Origin: Candidatus Poribacteria bacterium
Lineage (GTDB): Bacteria; Poribacteria; WGA-4E; WGA-3G
Length of the DNA: 64,000 bases
Reading direction: 5' to 3'
Assembly: GCA_965198235.1 (NCBI GenBank)
Contig: OZ240248.1
Location: forward strand, 4,224,001 to 4,288,000
Shown here: positions 49,403 through 58,924 of the stretch, piece by piece
Layout: each line of letters opens with the position of its first letter
Position numbering within the stretch: the stretch's first letter is position 1
The notes under the pieces: generated by a model
The model's database searches: none
Told to the model about the DNA's origin: nothing
The model's input: the letters and a program-made list of their open reading frames with translations, nothing else
Made by a program: the position numbers and the translations under genes

Positions 49403-50079
49403 AAATTTTAGGTATTGACACCTCAACTCCTATCGGGAGTATTGCTTTAATTGATGGCGATAATTTAGTGGCGGAGCATACGCTCAACATCGTCCAAGCA
49501 CACTCCTCCAGACTTATGCCTGCAATTGATAGCGTCCTGAAATGGGGCAACATCACAGCAGAGACTCTGGACGGATGTGCCGTTGGTATCGGACCTGGAT
49601 CGTTCACCGGTATCCGCATCGGTGTCGCGACGATCAAATCCCTCTGCTATGCCCTCGACAAACCGATTGTTGGTGTCTCGACCTTGGAGGCAATCGCCTA
49701 TAACCTCCGATCGACAAACGGTGTCATCTGTCCACTTCTCGATGCCCGACGGAGTGAAATCTATGGCACTGCTTTCCACGGTGGCACCGAATGGCAACGT
49801 CTTAGCGAAGACCTCTGCTTACCCATCGATGCTTTCCTCGATCAACTCAATACAGATGTCCCCTCAAATGGCACTCTCAATTTCGTTGGGGATGGACTTT
49901 TGACGTACGGAAACGCAGTCCGAGAAAGACTCGGTGGGAATGCACACTTTGCCAATCCTATTTTCAACGTTCCACGAGGGGCAACGATTGCACACCTTGG
50001 GACACAACGTCTACAGCACGGAGAGAGCGATAGCTATTGGACTTTGGCACCAAATTATGTTAGAATTGGATTGTATTGA
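49399..50079 (+). CDS. tsaB: tRNA threonylcarbamoyladenosine biosynthesis protein TsaB
   Basis: MKILGIDTST, HSSRLMPAI, GPGSFTGIRIG, DARRSEIY, PNYVR. Confidence 0.95.
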   Translation: MKILGIDTSTPIGSIALIDGDNLVAEHTLNIVQAHSSRLMPAIDSVLKWGNITAETLDGCAVGIGPGSFTGIRIGVATIKSLCYALDKPIVGVSTLEAIAYNLRSTNGVICPLLDARRSEIYGTAFHGGTEWQRLSEDLCLPIDAFLDQLNTDVPSNGTLNFVGDGLLTYGNAVRERLGGNAHFANPIFNVPRGATIAHLGTQRLQHGESDSYWTLAPNYVRIGLY

Positions 50080-50123
50080 GGCTGAAACATTTCGCTGTAA
50101 ATCTGCAATAGTCAAGGTAACAC

Positions 50124-50396
50124 ATGTATATCAGCAGATTGGAATGGGACGAATACCGCATTGAACATATTGCTCGGCATAACATAGAACCCGATGAAGT
50201 GTGGGATGTCTGTGAAGATCCACACCATTTAGCCCGTCGTCACGGACAAAATCGATATCTTGTTTACGGACAAACAGCAGACGGACGATACTTGTTTGTT
50301 GTCTTGGAGAGTATCGGAGGAACTATGTATAAACCTATTACCGCGCGAAATATGACTGTCCACGAAAAACGAAACTTTAGGAGGCAGAAAAAATGA
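50124..50396 (+). CDS. BrnT-family type II toxin
   Basis: LEWDE...HIARHNI...E, GQTADGRYLFVV, PITARNM...EKR. Confidence 0.85.
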   Translation: MYISRLEWDEYRIEHIARHNIEPDEVWDVCEDPHHLARRHGQNRYLVYGQTADGRYLFVVLESIGGTMYKPITARNMTVHEKRNFRRQKK

Positions 50397-50656
50397 AAGA
50401 GTTGCACGTACCCGAGTTTTCAACTTATGAAGAGGAAGCTGATTTCTGGGATAACTTAGACACCGCAGATTTCATGGAAGACGATGACCAGTGGTTTCGC
50501 TTTGAAACACCACACAAACGGGGGATTCGTGTCGCAATTCTTCCCGAAATCGCTGAAGAACTCAGGCAAAAAGCACAAGCGCAGGGTGTATCAATTGAAA
50601 CTTTAGTGAATACCCTTTTGATCGATCACGTACGGGAATCAACACACCCGAATTAG
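50393..50656 (+). CDS. BrnA/CopG-type antitoxin
   Basis: PEFSTYEEEADFWD; C-terminal ribbon-helix-helix; ATGA overlap with the toxin. Confidence 0.85.
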   Translation: MKELHVPEFSTYEEEADFWDNLDTADFMEDDDQWFRFETPHKRGIRVAILPEIAEELRQKAQAQGVSIETLVNTLLIDHVRESTHPN

Positions 50657-52087
50657 ATGAACCGTATCTTTAAAAACACGTCCTCCCTTTTTAGTGCCCA
50701 CCTTATCGGCCGCCTCGGCTCACTTGTGATAACGATTTGGCTCATGCCTCGTTATTTTACGGAAAGTGAACTCGGCGGCTATTTTGTTGCGATTGCCCTC
50801 ACGAACCTTATTGCGACTCTCACAGAATTGGGGTTACAAAATCCACTCATCCGAGAGATGACGTTGCATCTGCAACAGACCCGGCACTACCTCGGCAACG
50901 CCCTCATCGTTCGCGTCATCCTCTCCATTATCGCATACGGCATCATGATTATCAGCGGGATATTCCTCTATTCCCCGGTAATCGTAAAGATGATAATTTT
51001 TTTAGGATTGGCAGAGATTGCCAATTCTTTGGCACAATTGTATCGATGCGTCTTCCGCGCGCATGAGGAGATGAAATATGAGGCTTTAACTGTAATAGCC
51101 GAGCGGGGTGCATTTCTTGTCATCGGCGGTGGCGCGATTCTACGCGGATACGGACTCGTGCCTGTCTGTCAGGTGATGCTGGTAGCAAGTTGTATTAACC
51201 TGATTTTAAGCGTTGGACTCACCCGACTCCGCTTCACTTCGCTCCGTTTCCAACCGAGTCGAGAGATCGTGAAAGTGCTGATGCAACAGGCATTGCCATT
51301 CGCGATTGGTAACCTTTTCAATCTGCTCTATTTTCGCGTTGATGCAATTATGTTGTCAAAACTGAGCTCAGAAGGGATAGATGCGAATACATGGTACGGT
51401 TTGGCGTATACGATTGTCAACGCCTTCACGATTCTACCGGGAGCGTTCATGATGGGTGCGATGTTCCCCGTTCTATCCCGCGCATGGGAAAGAGAAAAAG
51501 GGAGATTTCCCGGAGCATATACGTTCGGTATGCGATGGATGGTGCTGAGCGGATTTCCGTTAGCGGTTGGACTCTCGACACTATCTCCGGAAATTACGGC
51601 GGTGTTGTTTCCAACCTATACAGCGAATGAAGTAGCCAAAGTGTCAACAGCACTGCAATGGCTCAGTTGGGCGGGCGGACTCATCTTCGTGACGACAGCA
51701 GTGTTGGCGGTGCTACGAGCGACAGACAAACGCCGCGCTTTCTCAGTCCTCATGGGAACAACCGCACTCCTGAATATCTGCCTGAATCTATACCTAATCC
51801 CGCGTTTCAGCCATGCTGGCGCGGCGATAGCGATGGTTATAAGCGAGGTATTTCTGCTCATTTTTGGGATCGGCTACATTTCAAGAAACATTATCAAATT
51901 CCGGGAAACCCCTCCTATATTCCCCACCGTTTTGAAAGCATCCATCCTCTCTGCTCTGATGGGCATCGGTTTGGTCATGTTAAAGGGTTCCTTCTCCATT
52001 TGGGTGCTGATTCCGTTGGCAGTGCTGTTTTACGGTGGAGGGATCACCATTCTGGGGGAATTCCGGGAAAGACTTAGGTTCGATTAA
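50657..52087 (+). CDS. Wzx-like polysaccharide flippase (MOP superfamily)
   Basis: RIFKNTS, ELGL, LYFRVDAIML, LNLYLIPRFSHAGAAIAMVISE; many TM segments. Confidence 0.88.
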   Translation: MNRIFKNTSSLFSAHLIGRLGSLVITIWLMPRYFTESELGGYFVAIALTNLIATLTELGLQNPLIREMTLHLQQTRHYLGNALIVRVILSIIAYGIMIISGIFLYSPVIVKMIIFLGLAEIANSLAQLYRCVFRAHEEMKYEALTVIAERGAFLVIGGGAILRGYGLVPVCQVMLVASCINLILSVGLTRLRFTSLRFQPSREIVKVLMQQALPFAIGNLFNLLYFRVDAIMLSKLSSEGIDANTWYGLAYTIVNAFTILPGAFMMGAMFPVLSRAWEREKGRFPGAYTFGMRWMVLSGFPLAVGLSTLSPEITAVLFPTYTANEVAKVSTALQWLSWAGGLIFVTTAVLAVLRATDKRRAFSVLMGTTALLNICLNLYLIPRFSHAGAAIAMVISEVFLLIFGIGYISRNIIKFRETPPIFPTVLKASILSALMGIGLVMLKGSFSIWVLIPLAVLFYGGGITILGEFRERLRFD

Positions 52088-52093
52088 TAGCCC

Positions 52094-55000
52094 TTATTTC
52101 ACTATCACCACTCGTTGTGTTGCGGCAAAGTCTCCCGCCACGAATTGTAAAAAGTAGACACCGCTTGAAACAGGTTCGCCTGTTTCATTCCGTCCATCCC
52201 AATAGGCGGCCCGTTCCCGTGTCAGATAATATCCGACAGGCTTGAACCCAACAGAAATTGTTCGGACCAAATGACCACTGACATCGTAGATTTTCATGCT
52301 CACATCTGCCGTTTCCGCCAACTGGTACGGTATCCATGTCTCAGGATTGAAGGGGTTGGGGTAATTCGGCAGTAATTTCGTTTCTGTCACGTCTTGATTG
52401 GCGTTTGCCAGCCAAGAATGTAAAAACCGAATCGCCATCTCAACACTCTGCGATTTCTCTGGGACGGCTTCTAATTCATTCAGGGCACGCCGGACGACAA
52501 TAACATCTCCAGGTGAGGACGGTGTACCTTTGACAATGTCCATCAGAGAAGGTGCAGCGGAGACTACCTTTTCACCGAGACGTTCCGCAACAAACACGAG
52601 ATCAAGGATATTCACCTGCCCATCTTTGTTGACATCTGTCCTCGGATTGGACGGTAGCTTTTGTCCAAGATTCTGTCCCACAAGAATTATATCAAGAACG
52701 TTGACAATTCCGTCCTGATTGACATCCCCACTGGATTTCACACCTTTTGCTGTAATAAACAAATCCGCCCAATGTGCCCAGTCCCAATAGTTATTTCCAC
52801 CGGGGTCGGTCCCCAATTCCAGTAATACGGTCTCACCTGCATGCTCAGAAAGGAGGATTTGTGCGTCTGTCCATCCTGGAGCCTTTGTGAAGTGTTCAAA
52901 TCGGTTTTGTCCATTTAGAAGCACCGCAAAAGAGACACCGTCACTACCAGCATTCTCATCCAACAATCCCATCGAAAAAGAGAACATTATTTCTTCTGCT
53001 TGAGGCAGAGAAAGTGAGAATTGGAGAACGGACTGACCATCTTCTGGGGGGTGGGCATTAATGGACTTCTTTTCCACACCACCTACAATTCCATGGCTCC
53101 GCTCGCCTGAACCGTAAACATTCCCAAGTCGAAAGACACTATCAAACTGGAGACCAACAATAAATTCGGCATCTCTTAGATTGTAGGGGGTGCCTACTCG
53201 TTGGGCAGGGCCAAATAAAAAGAGAATTTGTGTAGGTAGTTTCGTATTGAGAACATATTGCTCTTGCCCTATATGCCTCACTGTATCAGGGAAGCTCCTT
53301 ATCGGTTCATTGGGAAGGTAAAATCCTACTTTCGTAAACGCATCCGATGGTTCAGAGACGATTTTAGGTTCTCCCCACCTTGCCCAATCCCATCCAGTAT
53401 CTTTTTTGGGGCCTGGGTTCGTAGTAAGGCGGAGTTTGACATCTTCACCTCGGTAGGTTGTCAAATCCAGATGAATTTGCTCCCACTTCTGTTCTGTGTA
53501 ATGTTGACGAAAAATTTCATCGTCTTGGACAGAGACGATGAAAGTTACACCATCAGAATTTTCAGAACCCTCAGCTAACCCAATATCGAATTCCAAACGG
53601 ATGTGAGGACTATCCGGTAGCGAAAGGTTCCACTCCCCAAATGTATCACCCCTGATACCTTGCCAAGGAGGGTGTGCATCAATCGCGGACTTACGAACAC
53701 CAGCGATGGAAACCTCCGTTTTCTGAAAAGTCGCCCCTTTTTGTCGTGGCAATTCCTTACCCTTGTGAACGATGCCCGTCCCTAAAAGATGAATTTCTGA
53801 TAATAAATCAATTTCGTGAGAGATACTCATCCTTTCGAGTCGAAATAAAACTGCATTTTCTGTCACACGCGATCCCGTCACAGAAACACCATCTGGCAAG
53901 GCGTTGATATGCGCTTGAGAGAAATCGCGCGGAGTGTCGCTCAAAAAATAAGATTCCTCAGGATGCAATCCGAGTAGTGTCGTTTCGTTGTAGGCGCGCC
54001 AATGTGGTATATTCCGCTGGGTCCTCACCTGCGTCACACCTAAAACGCGTTCATACCCCAGACTTTCTTCAGGTAGAACAAACGTAGCCCCCGTTTTTGT
54101 TTTTTTCAGTGCTGCAATTTCGCCGTTTTCTCCAACATATTGAAATAAAGTGTTAGGTGTCCAGTCGGATTCAAAGTCAGGTTTGAATCCTCGTTGCTGC
54201 CATGTTCGCGCAATTGAAAGTAACTCCTGTGTCCTCACCCGTTCAGGCCCCAAGTCAGCTACTGACGAGAGCCGAAGCGTTGGTAAAACGCCCCAATTCT
54301 CATACGCATCCAAATATTCTTGGTAAAGTGGTGGACTTCCATCTGGATTAGGTAATCCCAGATAGCCGTAGGGTAATGTATAAGGAGAGAATAAGAAGAC
54401 ACTAATCGGGTGTGGGGTTCCCCGTGGCGTGGGGTCCCATAGTGGTGGGAGTTTCCAACGTTGCGCGAAACTTTCACGGAAGAAGGTGACTTCATGAAGG
54501 TGCTCACCACTAAAAATAACGCCTGGCATTGCTTCCGCCAATTCCTCATGTGCTAACACGTTACCTTGACCGGCATTTAATCTTTCAATCAGTCCGTTTG
54601 CATCATTAATGACAAAGTGACTAACATCCAAGTGGAACGCATCCACTTTGTACTTTTCCCATACGTTTTTCAGCTGCTGGAGAAGGATTTTTCTAAACGT
54701 AGAATTTGCAAGATTAATAAAGGCATGACGTCCAGCAGACTCTGTTCGTTCCCACCACCATCCAACAAGATTTCCGTTCCATGGGTCCCGAAATTGGAAT
54801 TCTTGAAATTCCGCGTAGAGGGGATGATAGGTTGAGACTCCAACGAGATTTGCGTGAGGCATCACTCGAAATCCGTGTTGGTGAGCAGCTTCAACAAAAC
54901 GACCAAACTCAGGTTTCGCTGTATAATCGGGATAATTAACATCATAATCATCCCTACGCCACTGATTCAAATACAGCAAGGTTTTTGCGGGATCAACCTG

Positions 55001-55918
55001 CTCCGCTAACTTATCTAATATACCGACATCCAAACCAGGATCGATATAGGTAACGACCAGACCAATCTCTCCAACCCATGCTGGCATCTCATCCAATCGC
55101 CAGGGTTTGAAAGTCTGTTCCATCCACTCCCGATACTGCCTCGCAGGCACACACCAATCGCCGCTATATGTATTGAGTCGCCATACAACAGATTTCGCAG
55201 AGGTAAGTGCGTCGAAAGGTGCTTGGTTTTGTGTCTCAAAACCGAGTGCAAAACTCTCTATATATTTTTCATAGTGGAGGACTTTGAATTGGAAGGTTTC
55301 ATCTGCTCCCCGAACGGAAAAACCACCCTGTTCCCCTTGAAGAATCGCGAGTTGTACTTCCCAACTACCGGGATAATTGAAACTTCTGGAGGTAAATGGG
55401 GACATCGTATTAATGATTTGCCCACCCTCTGCCGGAAGAATAAGGTCCAGATTCCTGACATTTAGATTCCCACACCCCCACTGAATGCCATAGACACCTG
55501 CTGTGTCGGAAGTCCCTTCCTGTTCAATCAGTAGATCGCCTGATCTCGCGTCAATTCCTATGAGCAGGCGAATCCGGTTTTGTCCCTGACGAAACACGAT
55601 TTCTGCTTTCAGCGGCGCGACTTTCCTTGCCTGTGTTAGCGTCGCTTGGTCTGTCCAGACAGGTCCAACATTTCTCCTCAACAATCCACTGCGTCCGCTG
55701 ATACCTGAAGGCACACCGCCGACAGAAGGGAGGGTATAGGCTTCTTCTGTTAGTTTATTATAGAGTTGGGTGATAACACCGTCCATGAACTGGACTTGAT
55801 AGGTATCGGTTTCGACAAAAACGTTATTGTCAACGACCTTAATCTCGGCAGATTGCACGACTTGAGAACAAAACAAGCAGAGTATTCCACTCAGAACGGC
55901 TATGCCTAAACGGCGCAT
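52094..55918 (-). CDS. Large secreted glycoside hydrolase-like protein (DUF6259-like barrel, NPCBM-like modules, dockerin, FlgD-Ig/T9SS-like C-terminal domain)
   Basis: WRRDDYDVNYPDY, DAFHLD, two AHPP...SDGV.F modules, GDVNQDGIVNVLDI/DVNKDGQVNILDL, LLPNYPNPFNPETWIPYQL...YWDGRNETGEPVSSGVYF. Confidence 0.78.
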   Translation of the reverse strand: MRRLGIAVLSGILCLFCSQVVQSAEIKVVDNNVFVETDTYQVQFMDGVITQLYNKLTEEAYTLPSVGGVPSGISGRSGLLRRNVGPVWTDQATLTQARKVAPLKAEIVFRQGQNRIRLLIGIDARSGDLLIEQEGTSDTAGVYGIQWGCGNLNVRNLDLILPAEGGQIINTMSPFTSRSFNYPGSWEVQLAILQGEQGGFSVRGADETFQFKVLHYEKYIESFALGFETQNQAPFDALTSAKSVVWRLNTYSGDWCVPARQYREWMEQTFKPWRLDEMPAWVGEIGLVVTYIDPGLDVGILDKLAEQVDPAKTLLYLNQWRRDDYDVNYPDYTAKPEFGRFVEAAHQHGFRVMPHANLVGVSTYHPLYAEFQEFQFRDPWNGNLVGWWWERTESAGRHAFINLANSTFRKILLQQLKNVWEKYKVDAFHLDVSHFVINDANGLIERLNAGQGNVLAHEELAEAMPGVIFSGEHLHEVTFFRESFAQRWKLPPLWDPTPRGTPHPISVFLFSPYTLPYGYLGLPNPDGSPPLYQEYLDAYENWGVLPTLRLSSVADLGPERVRTQELLSIARTWQQRGFKPDFESDWTPNTLFQYVGENGEIAALKKTKTGATFVLPEESLGYERVLGVTQVRTQRNIPHWRAYNETTLLGLHPEESYFLSDTPRDFSQAHINALPDGVSVTGSRVTENAVLFRLERMSISHEIDLLSEIHLLGTGIVHKGKELPRQKGATFQKTEVSIAGVRKSAIDAHPPWQGIRGDTFGEWNLSLPDSPHIRLEFDIGLAEGSENSDGVTFIVSVQDDEIFRQHYTEQKWEQIHLDLTTYRGEDVKLRLTTNPGPKKDTGWDWARWGEPKIVSEPSDAFTKVGFYLPNEPIRSFPDTVRHIGQEQYVLNTKLPTQILFLFGPAQRVGTPYNLRDAEFIVGLQFDSVFRLGNVYGSGERSHGIVGGVEKKSINAHPPEDGQSVLQFSLSLPQAEEIMFSFSMGLLDENAGSDGVSFAVLLNGQNRFEHFTKAPGWTDAQILLSEHAGETVLLELGTDPGGNNYWDWAHWADLFITAKGVKSSGDVNQDGIVNVLDIILVGQNLGQKLPSNPRTDVNKDGQVNILDLVFVAERLGEKVVSAAPSLMDIVKGTPSSPGDVIVVRRALNELEAVPEKSQSVEMAIRFLHSWLANANQDVTETKLLPNYPNPFNPETWIPYQLAETADVSMKIYDVSGHLVRTISVGFKPVGYYLTRERAAYWDGRNETGEPVSSGVYFLQFVAGDFAATQRVVIVK

Positions 55919-55944
55919 GCAATTTTCCTCCTAAAACTTATATG

Positions 55945-56198
55945 ACCTAAGCACATAGCACTCCGCTGGAGTGCAAGAGATTGTGGACCCCCGGTTTCTA
56001 TAGACATATCACCCCGCTGGGGTGAGAAAAACACCTGAAAAACCTTATTGAAATCCGCAGAAATCCGCAGAAATCCGCAGAAACACCCAAGCAATACGCA
56101 GAAATACCCAAGCAAAAACACCCCTATCAATACGCAGAAATACCCAAGCAAAAACACCCCAAGCAAAAACACCAAAATTTGTTAGTAGCAACTTGGGT
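55945..56198. mobile_element. MITE family B, copy 3, with tandem micro-repeat array
   Basis: ACCTAAG...GCAACTTGGGT|TA; CATAGCACTCCGCTGGAGTGC and CTATAGACATATCACCCCGCTGGGGTG hairpins; array at 56050-56173. Confidence 0.65.
56050..56173 (+). repeat. Composite tandem array of AAATCCGCAG and CCCAAGCAAAAACAC units
   Basis: 3x AAATCCGCAG followed by four CCCAAGC-containing units interleaved with AATACGCAG and CCCTATC. Confidence 0.9.
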
Positions 56199-56254
56199 TA
56201 TTTTAGCGAAAAAAATCGTGACTGGGCGGTCGCTTCTACATGAAGAGAGACCCA

Positions 56255-57526
56255 TCAAGAATATAGCCCCCGTAGCACCTCAAAATAATTAGGGAACGTC
56301 TTGCTGACACAGTCTGGATTATTAATCCGAATCCCTTTTGCCTTTAAACCGACGAGCGAAAATGCCATCGCCATACGATGGTCATCGTAGGTATCAATTG
56401 CAGTGGGGGTAATAGGGGCGGGTGAAATTTCGAGTCCGTCTCGGTGTTCAACGACAGGGACACCTAACTTTCGTAGTTCTGTCACCATTGCATGGATTCG
56501 GTCGGTCTCTTGCCAGCGTGTGTGTTCAATGTTTCGGATGGTTACTTTGCTATAGGCGAACGGAGCAATCGCCGCGAGGGTTAGAGCAGTATCCGAAATC
56601 GCCCTCATATCCACATCGATCCCTTTCAACTGGCTCGGTCCAGTAACGGTAATCCCAATGTCAGAAACAGTGACCTGACACCCCATCTGCTCCAAAATAC
56701 GCACAAACTGAACATCGCCTTGCACGGAATCTAAGTGCAAATGTTGGACAGTGACACGTCCACCGGTGAGCGCAGCAGCAGCAAAGAAGTAAGAGGCGTT
56801 GGAGGCATCCGGCTCAATGTTATAGATACGCGGCTGATACCGCTGTCCACCTTCAATCCGAAAATATCGATAGCCTTCCCTGACGACCTGTACACCAAAC
56901 GCCTCCATGACTGCCAATGTGATGTCAATATAGGGCATTTCGCGGTCCCCGACGACCTCAATCTCTACGTCGTTTTTAGCATAGGGTGCGATGAGTAGCA
57001 ACGCCGTCAAGAATTGACTGCTCTTACTGACATCAAGTCGGGTCTTTCCACCCTCCAGTCCGTTTGCTTCGACGATGACAGGAAGATGTCCATTGTCATA
57101 TTGCGAGCGTGCCGAAACTCCAATTTGCGTCAGGGCATCCAGTAAATCGGAGATGGGGCGGCCGTGTCGCATCGGTTCATCGCCATCAATGACGAACCTC
57201 CCATGACCTAACGAAACGTAGGCGGTAAGCGAACGTGAAGTGGTCCCTGAGTTTCCGATATAGAGTTCAGCACTCGAAACCGGAATGTCCCCGCCATTTC
57301 CATGCACATCAAACCTCGCCTGCTTCTCATCAGCGTTAATCTCGATACCGAGCTTCTGCAGAGCATTGCACATATAGCGCGTATCATCGCTGAAGAGAGC
57401 ACCCGTTAGAGTCGAAGCCCCGCGTGCCAACGCGGCAACTAACAACGCGCGGTTGGTATAACTTTTGGAACCCGGCACCACAATCGTGGCATCAAGCGAT
57501 TTACGAATCGGCTGTATCTCAATCAT
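56255..57526 (-). CDS. aroA: 3-phosphoshikimate 1-carboxyvinyltransferase (EPSP synthase)
   Basis: PGSKSYTNRAL, GNSGTTSR, SSQFLTALL, EPDASNASYF, QETDRI, DHRMAM, KTFP. Confidence 0.97.
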   Translation of the reverse strand: MIEIQPIRKSLDATIVVPGSKSYTNRALLVAALARGASTLTGALFSDDTRYMCNALQKLGIEINADEKQARFDVHGNGGDIPVSSAELYIGNSGTTSRSLTAYVSLGHGRFVIDGDEPMRHGRPISDLLDALTQIGVSARSQYDNGHLPVIVEANGLEGGKTRLDVSKSSQFLTALLLIAPYAKNDVEIEVVGDREMPYIDITLAVMEAFGVQVVREGYRYFRIEGGQRYQPRIYNIEPDASNASYFFAAAALTGGRVTVQHLHLDSVQGDVQFVRILEQMGCQVTVSDIGITVTGPSQLKGIDVDMRAISDTALTLAAIAPFAYSKVTIRNIEHTRWQETDRIHAMVTELRKLGVPVVEHRDGLEISPAPITPTAIDTYDDHRMAMAFSLVGLKAKGIRINNPDCVSKTFPNYFEVLRGLYS

Positions 57527-57618
57527 TTTTTAATTTTACCTTGCGGTTCGTTCAGGCGGATTAGGTATTTAACGCGCCGCTCCGTATATCCGTCCTCCAC
57601 TACGTTACGGACTACGCG
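57526..57618 (-). repeat. Family F repeat abutting the aroA start codon
   Basis: Minus strand GTAGTCCGTAACGTAGTGGAGGACGGA...GAACCGCAAGGTAAAATTAAAAA-ATG. Confidence 0.7.
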
Positions 57619-57756
57619 CTTAGGATTATTGTTAAAATCCGTGTTCTCCGCGTTTTCCGCGCACTTCCGCGATTCAGACTTTTTTCTCTATATCCGCCTT
57701 CCACTTCGTTACAGGCTGCGTTTTCGCTGTAAATTATTGTATCCTGAAAAACTCGT

Positions 57757-58656
57757 TCATTTAGCAATCCGTGCTTCCGATAATAATTGTCGAAGTTCGT
57801 CCTTCGCAGATTCACTAACGGGCAGCAACGGACCCGTTGTATAGGCATTACAGACTCCTAAAATCTCCAGACACGCCTTCATACCGCTAACGCCCTGTCC
57901 ATAGGTATACATTTTGCCAAGCCGAAGTAGCAACTTCTGTAACCGGTGTACTTCGTCAATATCTCGTGCTTTTGCGGCGTTGTAGAGCGCGACAGATTCT
58001 TTCGGAGCGACGTTTGAAACCGAGACGACACCACCGTCAGCACCGAACAGCACGGCTGCACCGAGCGCAGTATGCGAACCGAGCATGACAGAGAAATCTG
58101 CCTTGTCACCGAGCAAAGCCAAGAGGCTGAGGCAGTTCGTCCAATCGCCGGAACTGTCCTTAATTCCCACAATGTTATCGCAAGTTTCTGCGAGTTGGGC
58201 AACGATATAGGGTTTAATCATTGTTTTGACGGTTGAAGGGATATTGTAAATGAAAACAGGGAGTTCCGTGCTTGCGGCAACATCGTAATAGAACTCGATC
58301 AGGTCCGCATCGTCGGTGGAAGGGTAATAGTAACCGGGTGTCGCGGCAACCGCATCAACGCCGAACTGTTCGGCGACTTCAATGTTTTGGATAACGCGCT
58401 GGGTGCTTGTGTCCATCACACCACAAATAATGGGCACACGACCCCCAATCGCTTTCACAGCGATGTCCATTGCTCGTTCGCGCTCCGTATTCGTCAATGT
58501 GGTAAATTCGCCAGAAGTTCCCAATAGATAGATGCCGTGGACACCGTTGTCAATCAAACGATTGAGTTGATTAATAAACCCGAACTCATCAACGCGCTCT
58601 TTTTCATCAAGTGGCGTTATCGTCGGTGAAAAAATGCCTTCAAATCGGATACTCAT
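57757..58656 (-). CDS. DapA/NAL family class I aldolase
   Basis: LGTSGEF, PGYY, IYNIP, GIKDSSG. Confidence 0.9.
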   Translation of the reverse strand: MSIRFEGIFSPTITPLDEKERVDEFGFINQLNRLIDNGVHGIYLLGTSGEFTTLTNTERERAMDIAVKAIGGRVPIICGVMDTSTQRVIQNIEVAEQFGVDAVAATPGYYYPSTDDADLIEFYYDVAASTELPVFIYNIPSTVKTMIKPYIVAQLAETCDNIVGIKDSSGDWTNCLSLLALLGDKADFSVMLGSHTALGAAVLFGADGGVVSVSNVAPKESVALYNAAKARDIDEVHRLQKLLLRLGKMYTYGQGVSGMKACLEILGVCNAYTTGPLLPVSESAKDELRQLLSEARIAK

Positions 58657-58924
58657 GAATCCCTCCTATGGGGAGTAATTGCTATCTTTCTCACTAATAT
58701 GGCTTGCAAGGAATACAGGATCGAATTATCTGTCAGACTTAAAATTTCAGTGTAGCAGAATCCGATTTAGATGTCAAGTGGATCCGAAAAACCAAGCAAG
58801 TTTCAGTTTGCCAATTATGCCGAAAATGTGTTATGATGCTATCGAACCCAATCGGTTTACACGTTCCGTATCGACCAAAATGAGTAGAAGATAGACGCTG
58901 CAGTACACCAAATGGGAAATCAAA

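Noticed and set aside
56050-56173. Possible CRISPR array
   Set aside because: Units are 9-21 nt and contiguous with no unique spacers, and there are no cas genes. The 55906..56175 ORF is just the translated repeat.
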